Origin: Octopus vulgaris | Lineage: Eukaryota | Assembly: GCA_951406725.2 (NCBI GenBank) | Contig: OX597827.1 | Location: 27,900,001 to 27,964,000 of the forward strand | Direction: 5' to 3' | Length of the DNA: 64,000 bases | Part shown: one piece after another, positions 1-15,450 of the stretch | Layout of the letters: the number at the start of each line of letters is the position of its first letter | How positions within the stretch are numbered: position 1 is the stretch's first letter | Translations under genes and position numbers: made by a program | Notes under the pieces: model-generated | Told to the model about the DNA's origin: nothing | The model's database searches: none | What the model saw: only the letters and a program-made list of their open reading frames with translations

Positions 1-228
1 ATATCATTGAAATTATTTTTGGCAACAATGTCGTATCCCATAAGAAGGTGGGGTACGTTACAGCCAACTCTAGGCGGTTCATGATGGTAATATGGATGAA
101 CTTTCTACGCTAATATAGGACAACCGATATTGCGTATCACGAAGAGAAATTTTGAACACATCCTTACCTCATATTCATAAGGAATTCAAAAGAATGCAAC
201 AATTATTCTTGAATAACGAAGTCGTATA

Positions 229-674
229 CAGTGATCCCTCGTTTATCGCGGTAGAGTGGTTCCGAGACCGGCCGCGATAACTGAATTTCCGCGAAGTAGG
301 GACACCATATTTACAGTATTTATTTAGCGTGTATTTGGACTTTTAAAACCCACCCATTACAGTAGTCTATTAATAACAAGGACAACTGTTGAGCAATAAC
401 GCTTTAGATTTAAAAAAAAATTGTTACTGTTACACAGGCCAGATTACAAAATAGAAAGCTGCGAGTCGTCATCTCTCTCCATTGCACCAATCACTGCCCG
501 TCTTAAGTTCAAATACCCCTGTATATGCTGTTTTGCTATTTTACGCTTGTTTTATTGTTTCTAGACTAGGAAATAGTATTTATTATTGATATTTTAAGGG
601 ATTTAATGAAAAATTTTAGGCGTTCATATATATATATATATATAGTTGAACCGCGAAGTAGCGAGGGGTCACTG
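229..674. mobile_element. pogo/Tigger-like MITE (non-autonomous Tc1/mariner superfamily)
   Basis: Imperfect TIRs cagtgatccctcgtttatcgcggt (from 229) and accgcgaagtagcgaggggtcactg (to 674), flanked by TA at 227-228 and 675-676; no ORF. Confidence 0.8.
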
Positions 675-750
675 TATTTGTAGGTAGGATATATCAACCA
701 CTATTCCGGAAAACGCTATTCTTCTTTCCCATCTTGCTCATGTCTTTTAA

Positions 751-960
751 GGCGTTGAGCTGGCAGAATCGTTAGCACGAAATGTTTCGCGGTACTTCGT
801 CTGTTTTTATGTTCTGACTTCAAATTCTACCGAGGGTGACTTCACCTTTCATCCTTTCGGGGGTCTATAAAATAGATATTAGTTACGCACTAGGGTCGAT
901 GTAATCGACTTACCCCGTGACTCGAAAATACCGGCCCTGTGCCAAAATTTGAGAGCAATA
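751..960 (+). mobile_element. SINE family A, degraded copy
   Basis: ggcgttgagctggcagaatcgttagc head, ttcaaattc B-box-like motif, ctttcatcctttcgggggtc core; homologous to 16575-16807, 50634-51078 and 61641-61873. Confidence 0.8.
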
Positions 961-1983
961 TTGCTCCTATCTTCTAACTTCTGAAATGCGTATCATTCTT
1001 GTTTTACGAATAGGACAAATGTTTTTCCCTAAAATTTCCCAAAAGTTCATTGTTTTTAAGACCAAGTTTTTATTGATACCACGAAAATAATATTCACTGC
1101 AAGAAAAAAATGAACCGTCCCCTATGATGACGTCATGTAAGAATATATTTAGGAGTTTTGAAACCTGCATAGAAGAATCCAAAGTAAAGGACTTTTGAGA
1201 AGTCCTTTCTTTCTTTATCCTTTTATTTTTCTTTCTTTCTTTTTCCTTTTTTTGTTTTTCCTCTCTTTCTTTCTCTCTCTCTTTCTCGCTTTCTTTCTTT
1301 CTTTATTTTTTCATTCTTTCTTTCTTCAAATCAAAACAGTTCCAGGGATTTGTGAAAATATGAGGGATTGAGTGTGCGTGTGTTTGAGTTTGTTTGTTTG
1401 CGTGTGTTTGTGTGTCTGTTTGTGTGCTTGTGTGTATGTGTGTGTGCATGCGTGTGCCCGTGTGTGTGTGTCTGTTCGTTTGTTTGTGTGTGTGTGTAAC
1501 TGTGTCCGTGTACGTTTATATATGGAGATGCATGAAAGAAATTTACTCACAATCACGTAATGAGTATATACGATGCTTTAGTATAAAAGCGTGTTTGTGT
1601 CATTACTCATCACGTATGTGTGTGTATGTCAAATGCACACGTGACTGTGAACATGTAAAAAAAAAAAGAAAATCTAAAATGAAGGCAATTCGGAACGTTT
1701 TACAAATCTTGCCCGTAACACCGAGCGATCTGATTTGAAGGATGTGAACCAGTTTGCTTTGTCCTTCTTTGGATAACCGCCAATATTTCCAAGCTTTTAT
1801 ACAAATCTGTTGCAACATATAGCTGTACCTTTTCTTGCTACACGTAAAAAGCTGTCACCGGGTTATAACAACTCCGTGTTCCACATTAATTCGCCATAGC
1901 TGTTATGTTTTGCTATAAAATTAGATGAGACATTAACATCAGAATCAGTATATATACACATATATATGTGTATATAATATGAG

Positions 1984-1987
<4 letters not shown>

Positions 1988-2037
<50 letters not shown>

Positions 2038-2075
2038 TCTCTCTATCTATCTCTCTCTATCTCTCTCTCTCTCTA

Positions 2076-2111
<36 letters not shown>

Positions 2112-2196
2112 CCTGTCTGTCTGTCTATCAATATATCTATCTCTTTGTATCTATCAATCAATCAATCTATCAATCAATCAATCTATCAATCAATCA

Positions 2197-2270
<74 letters not shown>
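1988..2270. repeat. Compound (CT)n/(CTAT)n/(CAAT)n microsatellite
   Basis: Direct reading; a similar (CTAT)n/(CTGT)n tract lies at 3315-3560. Confidence 0.95.
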
Positions 2271-2273
<3 letters not shown>

Positions 2274-3313
2274 CCTGTTCTGTCTACATACACGCACACA
2301 GACCTACATCAAATATGGGCAACATTTTGCTAGATGCGGGCCGCATGAGATGTGATTCATCATGAGGCGACTGGCACAACTAAAGAAACGATTCAAGAAA
2401 ATTTTGACTAGGCGTACTATTCAGAAAGCCCCGCGAGCCGCAGTTTGCCCACGATTGTTACGCGCGCGCGCGTGCACACACATACACACATGCATACACA
2501 TACATTTATATATATATGTGTATATGTGCATGTGTGCATGTGTATATGTATTTTTATATGTATATAATGATTAGCTTTTAGTATATGTATGTATGTATGT
2601 GTGTATGTATGTATGTATGTATGTATGTATGTATGTGTGTATGTATGTATGTATGTATGTGTGTATGCATGAGTGCATGCATGTATTTACGCCTGTCTTT
2701 TCGAAGTACACCTAATGAATGTGTTTGACTATTGTACCAAAACATAGTTGATATGTCCGTGACAGTTTTACAATAGACAGTAAAGAGCTCCAGGGTTTCT
2801 CAACATATTTTGGCAAAGACAAGCTTCTATGATCTCGGCCTCTTCGGCTCTTGTTGAACTCTTTGCATAGCTAACCTCTTAAACTACAACAAAGAAACTG
2901 GTGGAGATAGTGGTTGGGGTTGCGGTTTAAAACACAGTGGTAAAACATGATTATATTCACCGCAACGAGACATCCTTAACTGTCAAAGCGTAATCAATGC
3001 CCATGAATCCGGTATTTGGCAAATAAGCTATTAAGCTTTTTCTAAGGGTTTGCTTGAACGTAAACAATCAGTCCCGCCCACGACCACGCCCTACCGGTTT
3101 CCCAAGAATCTTCTGAAGACGCACACAAAGTCTACAGTCTTTCACCTCACCCCGTCTCATTGTACAGGGTGCACTTAATTAAATCAGGATCTTTTCTATG
3201 CGTACAGACACCAGCTTTTCTTCCTCTCTCTCTCGCTCTCCATTTCTCTCTCTCTTTCCGTTCTTATGTATCTGTCTGTTTGTCTGTCAGTCAGTCTGTT
3301 CATCTATGTGTCA

Positions 3314-3459
<146 letters not shown>

Positions 3460-3499
3460 ATGTTTGCCTACCTGCCTGCCTATCTATTTATTTATTTAT

Positions 3500-3559
<60 letters not shown>

Positions 3560-3656
3560 TTATCTGTCTGTCAATCAGTTTGTCTGTCTGTCAGTCTATC
3601 TATCTACCGTTCTATCTATTCATCTATGTAACTGTCAGTTTGTCTCTTTTCCTTTA

Positions 3657-3692
<36 letters not shown>

Positions 3693-3792
3693 AAGCTGTA
3701 TGTGCATACACACATCAAAATATATTTATCTATCTACATATTTATCTATGAATTTATATGCATATACATATAAATAAATAAATAAATAAATA

Positions 3793-3896
<104 letters not shown>

Positions 3897-4479
3897 TTGC
3901 TATCATGCAAAAGTGTCGTAAGTTCAAAACGTTGCTTTTTCAGAAAATGAAAAAATGGTTTCAGCATTCCATAGCAAAACCGTTGAACTAAACTTTGACA
4001 TTTTTTTACATCTTGGCATCAGAAGCAGCTGAAGACATGATAGTTTGACCAGAAAAACTTGCTATTGCACGCAAAAATAAATATTTAAAAGCAACGCATT
4101 TGGCCAAATTTGGACATACATAAGCTTGCTGGTTAGTGATTCAAAACTGGAGGACGCCAAAGTAATGTAATTGGAATCATATTGTATTCATGGTTGAAAT
4201 ACTTTTAATAGGTCAAAATGAAAATGCTGGACTCTGATTGAGCAACTTCGCCAAGGAAATTAATATGGAGGAAAAACTGATGGTTGGATGATAGCAACAT
4301 AATTAAAATAAAGAGTGAAAGTATTTCCAAGAGATCGCTCTATATGCTAGAAATAGAAGCATTTCTTCATCAAATTATTCCCTACAATCTTATAAGAAAA
4401 AGAAGGATATATTGGACAATGTATTGATAGTTATACAAAAAGACTCTGTGTGTGCATGAGTATGTTTTTGTGCATATAA

Positions 4480-4520
<41 letters not shown>

Positions 4521-4610
4521 TGTGTGTGTGTGTGTATGGTTATACATGTCTCTCTCTCCCTACCTAGCTTTCTCTCTCCATCCCTCTCTCTCTCTCTCCC
4601 TATATATATA

Positions 4611-4945
4611 CCAGAGTAAGCACATAAATGTGAACCAAGGTGGAAAAAATTGTACTGGAATATTGGACGAAGAGTAATATACTTTATTATCATTAGAGCT
4701 GCCAAAACATCACAAAAATATCATAAAAAACCTGTTACTCAGAGTTTCCCGTTCCCGATCGTCGGGCAGCTGTGATCAAGAAGGGAATAAAAATTGTGAT
4801 TGTACGTATAATGTAAACTTCGATATGAATTATACGTACAAACACAATGTTCCATTCTTGATCACAGCTGCCAGACGAACGGGAACGTGAATCTCTGAGC
4901 AGCAGATTTTTGTGATATTTTTGTTATGTTTTTGCATCTTTGATA
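4611..4945 (-). mobile_element. Non-coding HHR cassette family H1 with inverted duplication (PLE pLTR-like)
   Basis: Starts in (TA)n with ccagagtaagcacataaatg, shared with 40445-40563 and 59624-59814; arms ~4700-4812 and ~4829-4940 are inverted and each carries an HHR-like motif. Confidence 0.75.
4732..4769 (-). ncRNA. Hammerhead ribozyme type I, variant core (CCGACGA)
   Basis: Minus strand: cug-c-CCGACGA-UCG-ggaa-CGG-GAAA-CUC-u-GAG-UA-a-cag; a more degenerate mirror copy is on + at 4868-4905. Confidence 0.65.
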
Positions 4946-5001
4946 ATAGAGTATACATACATGCATACATACATACATACATACATACATACATACATAC
5001 A

Positions 5002-5033
<32 letters not shown>

Positions 5034-5310
5034 CGTACATATGGTATAATTATAAAAATTATAAACAGGGCAAATTTTAACCATTTCTCCGCAGACTGAA
5101 AAAAATTATGAACAACCTTAATCGAATTTTCGAACCTTATTGCTTTCTCATTAGAGGCATCTCCATCATTTTGACAATCTCCAGAGAAACAAGCGGCCAA
5201 ACTGTTTATATACTCAATAAATGCAGCAGTTACTCTATGACGGAGTCCCTAATTTGTATTATATATACGTTTATGTCTGCTTGTCTGTATATACGTATAT
5301 AATGATTTCT

Positions 5311-5346
5311 CCTCTGATGATCGCTGTTACGTGAAACTTGAGTTTC
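5311..5346 (+). ncRNA. Degenerate hammerhead-like motif
   Basis: CTGATGA-tcg-ctgtta-cgt-GAAA-CTTGAG-TT; helix I does not pair. Confidence 0.35.
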
Positions 5347-6045
5347 CCGGTGGAATTCATTTTCAACTATATATTTTACGTTTTATATCTTTTACTTGTT
5401 TCAGTCTAATAAGACTGCGACCATGCTGGGGCACCGCCTCGAAAAATCTTAGTCGAATGAATCGTACGCGTATATAGTTTGTTTAATCATAATCTCTACT
5501 GAATACCATTAAGCACTCGGTTTAAAAGCAACCATGGTGTGTGAGTGATGGTTGTAGTAGAGATAAAACAGATGGGAAGAAGCTGGATGATGCCAGAAGA
5601 GCATTTCGTTGAGGTGGTCATTTAGCCTTATTATTAAACCTGAAGTACTTTTCATAAGAAAGATATAGACAATTGTCATACGAGGAAGGACGAAGCTCAA
5701 AGTGTATCTATTATGTTGACAAATTTTATATCGAGTTATATATCTAATGATATGTAACTATCAGCATGTCAATAGAAAATGGTTTGCGTACATGGTGTAT
5801 TTGTTGTTATTGTTGTTGTTGTTGTTGCTGTTGTTGATTTCCCCAATTCTCAGAGTAATATAAAAGCATTGAACATTTCCAATATAAGTGTCTATTTAGA
5901 TAAAAGCACGCAAATTTATCATATATCTTATCGCTTGTTTGTGTATGTCTGCGTTCGGGTGTGTATACATGTAGGAATGCACACACACACATGCACACAT
6001 AAACACATATATATGTATATATATATGTATATGTACATACAACCG

Positions 6046-6080
<35 letters not shown>

Positions 6081-6246
6081 ATATGTATTTATGTATGTAT
6101 GTGTTATATATATGCATACATACGCACATGGTTTTATGAGCATATGTATGTGTGTAGGTATACGCGTTAATAGCAAAAGAGAGCTTAAATGCACGTAAAT
6201 ACAGACATGTGTACGTATAGGTATACACATACATACATATACATAC

Positions 6247-6281
<35 letters not shown>

Positions 6282-6282
6282 C

Positions 6283-6380
<98 letters not shown>

Positions 6381-6914
6381 ATGTATGTATGTGTATACAT
6401 ATATATATATATACATATATATACATATATATATATATAATTACATATATATCTGTGAGCGCGTTTGCATACATGAAAATATACATCTATGTATATATAT
6501 ACATACACACATAATCGCGTGCGCGTATGTATAACACATTCATATACATGTATACGTACATATATATCGGAGTGGCGTATGGATATATATACTTTGAATC
6601 TTCCGTCGAGCGTGACAACTGAAACAGCAGTATTAGGAGACATGCGATATCGATATTACAAAGAGTATCTCATGATTGAATACGTTTAGCATCGTATCCC
6701 CATCCGGACATCCTTTAATTACCGTGCACTTTATCGTATAACACCGGCCTTACTCCGACGAAAGCACTTTAATGTGATGATAATCGATCTACGATATTAA
6801 ATCCTCTGAGATTTCTGCTTTTAGTCCTTGGTGAGTTTAGTTCCTTCTCTCTGTCTTCCTTCCTCACCTTTATCTGTATGTGTATGTATACAAATGTATA
6901 TAGTTATGTGTGTG

Positions 6915-6968
<54 letters not shown>

Positions 6969-8424
6969 CACACACATACACTCATACATACACTCACAGA
7001 CACATACATATACGTATACATGTATGCATATATCTATTTACCGTTTTTCTCTATATCCGTTTTGTACATACCACTCAACGTATATATTTAGACAAGTTTA
7101 TCGACGCCTATGCACATAACGCATATATATACCTATATACTTCTATAAACAAACTGTATATATCTTATTGTTCTGCTTGCTTATATCTGACCTTCTTATC
7201 CGATCGTGTATTCAGGTTTAGCTCCACCTTTACACTTCAGCGTGCGGTCTACTGTAACAAAGGGCAAGCACGCCCGGGAGCACTATAACAAAAATGTTAA
7301 AAGAACTTAAGGGCAGATAAGAAACCTATACCATGGAAAGTCACAAAACCAGCTTAATTCTCAATAGACCGACCAAGGTATATCATACGAATACTGCAGT
7401 AGACCTCACACTTAAATAGCAGATTTTATCCTCATATTTTAAAAAATAGGGACGATGTCTCAATATCCTTTCATTGTTAACATATTTAATCTTAGTTTGA
7501 CGCCCCTGCGATATAACGATTGTCACATTTGTGAAGATGTGATCGCCTTCCCTCAACATTTCCTCTCAAAATTCGTCCTTTCCAGAAGACTTACCTTTTT
7601 TTAAGCATTATGATGGCAGCGCTAACCTCGAAAAGCTCGGTAACTCGTACACATAGTTATAACAATTTCTATATGGCTATTAAGCTAGTTTAGATGCTGT
7701 TTACAGTGTTCACCATAACACACCATTATCGAAGTGTCTGCATTTCCAGAATATCTCAAATCTGATATTTATGTAATGTTTATAGTGCATCGTTGAAGAA
7801 ATTAACAGATGTTAAACGCACACGCACGCACACACACACACACGCACACACGCACACACACGCACACGCGCGCGCAAACACACACGCACACACAAACAAA
7901 CAAACAAATGTACACGTATAGTCCACGTGTCATGTTTCCTTTCAAAAATTCCGATGTTCCTTCGATCCAGTCGTGTCCACCCGGCGTTTTAAATTTAGTA
8001 AAGGTACGCTTTAAAGGATATTTAGCTACTATTATTCACCGATGTTTATGTTGTTGTTGCCTTTGTGTTTTAACTTCCAGGTCAGCCTGTATTATCATCA
8101 ATATTCCATCCGTGACTATCACTTCGTTTTTGTCAGCTACGATGCATTTAGGGCTACAGTATCTGATGTATCCTTCATTTAAGACGGTATGGTGTAATAT
8201 GATGGAAATATGACTGCTGTTCCAAGCAGCAACAAGGTCTCGTCGGAAGCTGAAGAGTGGATATTAGAGCATTTGTGGAGAAGAGACAGAAAGAAGGAGC
8301 AACAGCTCAGCGGCCCAGGGTGGTATGGAGTGTTGAGGAATAAAGTACACAAAGTAAACAAGCTGAATAACAAAGAAAACATCATCGGGAAATGGAACTT
8401 GCAAGTTAAAACTTTCATCGTTTA

Positions 8425-8655
8425 GCTTTTGGCTGTATCGGTCATTGGACTGCGGCCATGCTGGGGCACCGCCTTGAGCGATGTAGTCGAATAAGTTAAT
8501 CCCTGTACTTATTTCATTATTTTTATTTTTAAAACCTATTGCAGATTCTAACGGTCTCTATTTGCCGAACTGTTAATTTACGGGGGCAAAAACAGACCAA
8601 TACCAGTTGTCGGGCGGTGATAGGGAACAAACACAAAAGCAAACACACATAGACA
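8425..8655 (-). mobile_element. SINE family B, 3' half
   Basis: gactgcggccatgctggggcaccgcc...tttgccgaac...ggttgtc; matches the reverse of the 3' half of 16987-17428. A further 3' piece is at 5385-5465 and a 5' piece at 9018-9150. Confidence 0.75.
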
Positions 8656-8667
8656 CATACATTCATT

Positions 8668-8820
8668 GTTTCTTTCTGTGTTCTTTTCTGTGGAAGAGCG
8701 TAGGATCCAAACGTTAACTACTTTTTCAATTCCCGAGCGTTATACTAATACATCTGTTTGTTTTCTACACCACCTGTCTTCGTCTTTTGATTTTTTCGTA
8801 AATTCTCCCCATTTTTATAT
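8668..8820 (+). mobile_element. Solo 3' terminal repeat (pLTR) of Neptune-like PLE with decayed HHR
   Basis: Homologous to 27715-27862 (ttctgtggaagagcgtaggatccaaacgttaa...cttcgtcttttg...taaatt); ends at (TA)n. Confidence 0.7.
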
Positions 8821-8860
8821 ATATGCGATTACGTCTTATATCTATCTATTTATCTATCTA

Positions 8861-8910
<50 letters not shown>

Positions 8911-8915
8911 GATAT

Positions 8916-8970
<55 letters not shown>

Positions 8971-8985
8971 TGAGACGGAATCGTG

Positions 8986-9020
<35 letters not shown>

Positions 9021-9851
9021 CGGACTTCTTTCAATTTCCGTCTACCAAATCTATTCAGAAGGATTTCGTCGGCCCGGGGCTATAGTAGATGATACTTGCC
9101 CAAGGTGCAGCACAGTAAGACTGAATCCGAAACCGCACAGCCACAGCTGCACCTTAAAAGTATCTCTGAGTAACAACAAGTCGTAGGGCCACTCTACGGA
9201 TCGTGGCCTTTCTGATGGGTTTCATTGGAAACAATCAACACATTGAACGATCAGAAATATCGAACAGATTAAAAATAAAAAGGAAAAGAACGAAACAAAG
9301 ACGGCACTAAGAAAGTATTTAATAAATGCTTTCCGAGAATTGTATAAACAAATTGTTGCAGACAATAGCTTGTTACAGATCGATTGTGATATTTATAAAT
9401 AGTTTATTCAATAAATTTTAGTCGTTCATACGAAGACTTTGTAATTGAGATGAAACGATGGAGGTATGGAGCAAGAAGTATGATATAAAATGATTACATA
9501 TTTCCGACAAGCAGACATCTATAAATTTAATTCAGATAATTCAATTTTGAAACCTTTTGTAGAAGCTGTTATTGAGAAATCTCTGCCGTGTTTTATGCGT
9601 ATGATTTGTCGGTATAGTTGAAATATAATTATAACTACAATACGTAACTACCTGCTTTAACTCGCTAATAATTGAAAGACATAATACCAAAGTTTGTGAC
9701 GACATGCTTTTGGTGACTGACTGTAATTACCTTGTTTCGTGCACTGTGGCTTGTGTGTCTACATTTGAGTATGTCTGTATCTGTGTGCATGTGTATATAT
9801 GTATATATATCTATGTATTTGTCTTTGTGTATGAATATAACTTTGTATATA

Positions 9852-9939
<88 letters not shown>

Positions 9940-10065
9940 CATACACACATACACACATACATACATACATACACACATACATACATACATACACACACAA
10001 ATACATATATATATATACATATACATAAACATACACACACATATGTATATATATATTTATTTATT

Positions 10066-10097
<32 letters not shown>

Positions 10098-10112
10098 CAC
10101 ACACACTTATAT

Positions 10113-10160
<48 letters not shown>

Positions 10161-11231
10161 GCACACATATATAATACATACATAGATATACATGGCTGTA
10201 TTTCTATATTTGTTTATATGTTAGATTTGTGATTTTACGTGCCTGTCTCTAAATATACACATGTGTGTGTTTATGTGTGTGTATGTATGTGTGTGTGTGT
10301 ATGTGTGTGTGTGTGTGTGCGCGCGCGCTGTTCTACGTTTGCCTTATACTATCACCTTGTTTATGTATGCGTTTGCGTGAGAGCCTCTATATGTAGTTAG
10401 CGTAGCTAGCATGCACGCATGTATGTGCATACATACGAGTGTACGTGTATAAGTGTGCATGTGTGTGTGTCTGTGTGTGCATGTGTGCGTGTTTCTATGT
10501 GTCCATGCTAGTATTCGCAAACTAGTAGAGCCATTGGTTTTGTTTCTGCTTACGTACGTTCATATGTGCAAATTGCCCGTATGTACATGCATATGTGCTT
10601 TATCTACGCACATGTGCTTGCGTTTGTGCGTGTGTAGAAATATTTGCAAAACTGAAATTATAAATCAGAAAATTTCGATATCATGTATGTTTATTAATTG
10701 AATCTGATTTAATACGTCCCGGAGTGGCATTTGGAGATTGGCTGGCAAACCATTCCCATGGCACATCATATAGCATGCAACTTCCAAACGAAACAATATC
10801 TATATACATGCATACAGACATACATACATACATATATAATACATACTTATATAATTATATATATCTATATGCATCAAACTTGATACACACATACATACAT
10901 ACATAGATTCATACACACACACACACACGCACACACATATCAGTGAAAACCTAAAATTCAGTTCGCGTATCCGAAAGACCATTGTTTGGCATTGCTAGGA
11001 ATGTTTTAAATTTTTAATTGTTTTTGATGCCATCCAACCAATTTAGTTTAAAATGATATCATATAATTAATTAACCATCCATGATTCGTTTCATATTCTA
11101 GTCAATATCGTAATGGACTTTAAAGTGAAATTAGAAGGAAAAAATTCCTAATTAACAAATTAATTATGAGGAACAGGAGACAATATAATGGTTTTATTTT
11201 TTAAACATTTTTCTAAATGTTAGCAAATTGG

Positions 11232-11421
11232 TGAAGTCGTGGCTGTATAGTAAGAAATTTGCTTCCCACTCACAGGGTTCTAGGTTCAGTCCTATTGCAC
11301 GGCACCATGGGCAAGTCTGTTATAGTAAAACCTGGGGCCGACCAAAGCCTTATGAGTGAATTTGCTTGGCAGAAACTGAAAGAAGCCCGTCGTATATACA
11401 CATACGAACACACACACACAA

Positions 11422-11471
<50 letters not shown>

Positions 11472-11650
11472 TTACTTTTTACTTTTTACTTGTTTCAGTC
11501 ATGTGACTGTGGCCATGCTGGAGCACCGCCTTTAGTCTAGCAAATCGACCCCAGGACTTTTGGCGAACCACTAAGTTACGAAGACGTAAACACACCAGCA
11601 TCGGTTGTCAAGCGATGTTGGGGGGACAAACGCAGACACACAAACATATA
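11232..11650. mobile_element. SINE family B: 5' half (+, 11232-11395) and 3' half (-, 11470-11650)
   Basis: gtggctgt...ggttcagtcc...tgggcaag...ccgaccaaagcctt...gaaactgaaagaagcccgtcg, then the reverse-oriented tail. Confidence 0.75.
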
Positions 11651-11664
11651 CACACACAACACAT

Positions 11665-11716
<52 letters not shown>

Positions 11717-12190
11717 ATATGTATATTTATATATATATATAGGCATAATTAAATCTCAGAATGAGATTGAAACAGTAATGTAAAGTATAGAAGCCATCTT
11801 ATCATGGCTAACCACATTGGGGAGGGGGTGTTACTGTATACATACACTCATACCTCGTTACTACAGACCTCCCTTTAACAGATTTCCGAAGCAGCAGTTA
11901 AAATCATGGCATGTCAACAACAGCTCTTCACCATCTATGTTAAATGTGATTTCTAATTAAAAATGTTGAATTTGCTGTATTATATTTACAGTGTAGAGGT
12001 ATTTTTCACTGTCAGATTGGACAGTGTATTTGATTAAAAGTACAGTACTCTATTCCTCTGTCTTTCATAACGTAATTGTTGATAGCCACCCCAACGTAAC
12101 TTAGCCTTAGTTTCGGTACCTACGGACAATCGGCTTCGTCGGACCGATATTCCCTCTCCTTTAGTCCCTAGTACCAAGATATGAGTGAAG

Positions 12191-12237
<47 letters not shown>

Positions 12238-12238
<1 letters not shown>

Positions 12239-12413
12239 AAGCACTCCGTAGGTTGCGATGATGATGGGCCCAGCTGGTACCATCAACAGAACAGCTTACT
12301 CGTGAAACTAACGTGCAAGTGGCTGAGCACTCCACAGCTACGTGTACCCTTAAGGTAGTTCTCAGGGAGATTCAGTGTGACACAGAGTGTGATAAGGCTG
12401 ACCCTTTGAAATA
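12238..12413. repeat. Unclassified interspersed repeat, probably a SINE part
   Basis: GC-richer block (gtgcaagtggctgagcactccacag...gtagttctcagggagattcag) starting at a (TA)n tract; resembles a recalled octopus repeat; single copy here. Confidence 0.35.
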
Positions 12414-12489
12414 AAGATTTTTTATTTTATATTTTATCTAGTTTCAGCTCACGAGCTGTGGCCATGCTGGGGCGATACTACTCATTTTT

Positions 12490-13335
12490 GCCACCAGCGA
12501 AGATTCTGATTTTACTGTGCTTGATGATACCAGTAATGTCATTAATGTAGATGATGAAGAGAAATGGGCCCAACACAGTGCCGTGTGGGACACCACTACT
12601 GACTTTGGTTGGGCTGGATTTGACTCCTTTGACTACAACATGTAGGGTTCTATTTGACAGGAAGCACTTGATCCACTGCAGCAGCTTTCTGGTGACACCA
12701 GTATTGGACAGCTTTCTCAAAAGGATCTTATGATCAACCCTGTCAAAGGCCTAGCTGCAATCAAGGTAGATTGGAACCCTCTCCCAAGGCTCTCAAAATG
12801 TCATCAAAATAATGCAGTAGCTGTGTCAGGCAATCCCTTCCATTACAGAATCCTGGTTGGAGTTCAGCATATTATTACTCTCAAGAAAGTGAGTCATTCG
12901 CGATCTTGCCACTCTCTTAAATACCTTAATGATATGAGAGGTGAGTGAGATTGGACGGTAATTCACGGCAAGGGATTTGTTTCCTTTTTTGAAAATTGGG
13001 ACAACAGACTGGGATAGAAGGTTTTCTGATATATATCCAGCATCCAGTGGGTTCCGCCACAGATTGGCTGGGTGGGTGGTGCAGGTTGGTGTTGACACTC
13101 ATTCAAGACACAAGCAGGGAACCTATCGGGATCTACTGATCAGCCATATCAGGATTGCTGAAAACAGAGCAGTATTGTTTCTGCAGCATCTCTCCCGTGG
13201 TTTTGGCATTGTCTTGAAGAGAGCCATTTTTATCAATCTGAGGGATAACAGTAGGGCCAGTGACTTTGTGTTTTTTTTCGCAAATGAAAAGAACACTTTG
13301 GGATTAAGATCTTCTCAATGGCCCAGGCCTCTTCG
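12490..13335 (-). mobile_element. CR1/L2-group LINE ORF2 reverse transcriptase fragment (frameshifted)
   Basis: VVPIFKKGNKSLAVNYRPISLTSHIIKVF and LLQWIKCFLSNRT...SGVPHGTVLGPFLFIIYINDI...IRIFA; breaks off just before the catalytic DD. Confidence 0.85.
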
Positions 13336-13529
13336 GCTCTTCTCTAACTATTGATGATAGACATCATGTTGTTTTGGAGTTTATGTTTATTAATCTCTAG
13401 TGATAATATGACTATTATTTTCTCTTTTCTATATTTCTCTCGCATATATAAATATATATATATACATACATACACACCCACTCACACACACACACACACA
13501 CACGCACATATATATATACATATATATAT

Positions 13530-13562
<33 letters not shown>

Positions 13563-14089
13563 CACACGTATCTATCGAAGCCACACTCTAGGTTACAGTC
13601 CGGTGCACAACTGCTGGATCATGTTTATTTATGCAGACATTACATAATGTTTATGTAACAGTATGACATGGAAAACTCAGTAAATAACACCTGCTACCCT
13701 TGCACAGAAACAACTGTTGTGATTTGTGATTAAAACCTGTTCATTCCATCTTCTTTGTTTCATAAATTTTTAATATATATGTGTGTATATATACACACAT
13801 AAACATATGTTTATAACGTATGCATTTATATGACATATACATATATATATATGTGTGTGTGTGCGTGTGTATATAATATGCGTGAGTTTCAATACGTTTT
13901 GGTAGTCTGGATTGACTAACAATTTTTAGCATTCTAAAATTAAGATCAGAATTGCTAGCTGGCACTGATCCTAGCTCACACAAGAAACTTTTCCTTTATT
14001 TTATGACTATAATAAAATTCTTTTGATGTTATTAATACTAATACCATATTGGTATTTATATTGATATTTTATACTTCCTACAAGTCAAC

Positions 14090-14128
<39 letters not shown>

Positions 14129-14246
14129 CGTTGGTAATAAACCAAAAGAAAGAGAGAAAAAGGTAGAATTTCATATATTTCTTTGTCTTTTTTTCTTTCG
14201 TTTTTCCTTCGACGTTGCATTTGAAACATTCATATATATATATTTA

Positions 14247-14355
<109 letters not shown>

Positions 14356-14386
14356 ATACATATATATATGTATATCTATGTATATA

Positions 14387-14457
<71 letters not shown>

Positions 14458-15089
14458 CTATATATACAAGTACCTACATATACAAATAGATACATACCTA
14501 TACAGATATATAAATACATATATATATATACATATATGGCAAACATCTATGTCTTTGAATACATTTATACTAACATACATGCATACATTTATACAAACAC
14601 ACAGAAATAAACTCATTCATACCCACACACAAAGCACATGCACTTCTACACACACTCAAATGAACACGCATGCATACATATATACATATATATATGTATA
14701 TATATATATAAACGCGAAAATATTCATATATAACTTTATTTCTAATTATTTATATATTCAATAAATACGGTTTTTCCTTTTCCTTCATTTTTGCTTTCAA
14801 AAAATATATAAGGCCATCTTTTATAGTGATTTGAATCTAGCCAGGCATACTAGAGGTAGTTGTTAATCGGACACGCACACACACACACACGCACACACAC
14901 ACACACTTACACACGCAAGCACACGATCATACAGTGTATATATATATATATTATATTCAGATATATTCCTTCCTAGATTTCATTTCAAAATTATATTTAG
15001 CATAGAGCTTCAGTGATTCAGAATTGTTGACTTGGTGGGAGCCGACCAGAGAAGCCTTGCCGTCTTATTTAAGCTGCTCAGCATATTTT

Positions 15090-15450
15090 GGCTTTTAGTT
15101 GTTTCACTCTTTTCACTCTTCAGGACAGCGGCCATGCTGGAGCACCGCCTTCAATAATCTATACAAGAGGTACTTATTCTTTTAAACCTGGTACTTATTT
15201 TATCGGTACCTTTTGCCGAGCCGCTAAGTTACAGGAATGTAAACATACCGACACCGTTGTGAAGCAGTCGTGAGGGTCAAAGACAGACACAAAGACACAC
15301 ACACACACACATGTATAAACGCCTGGCTTCTTTCAGTTTCTGTATGGCAGATGTACAGAGAGAACTTTGTTTGGCCCGAGGCAGTGAGACTGAACCCGGA
15401 CTATGTGATAGGGGAGTAAACTTCTTACGACATAGCCAAGCCTGCACATG
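15090..15450 (-). mobile_element. SINE family B, degraded
   Basis: Reverse homology to 16987-17428 (gcggccatgctggagcaccgcc, ttttgccgagccgctaagttac, cttctttcagtttc, gactgaacccgg). Confidence 0.75.

Noticed and set aside
7930-8425. Non-repetitive ORF-like stretch
   Set aside because: Short, stop-interrupted and without recognisable motifs.
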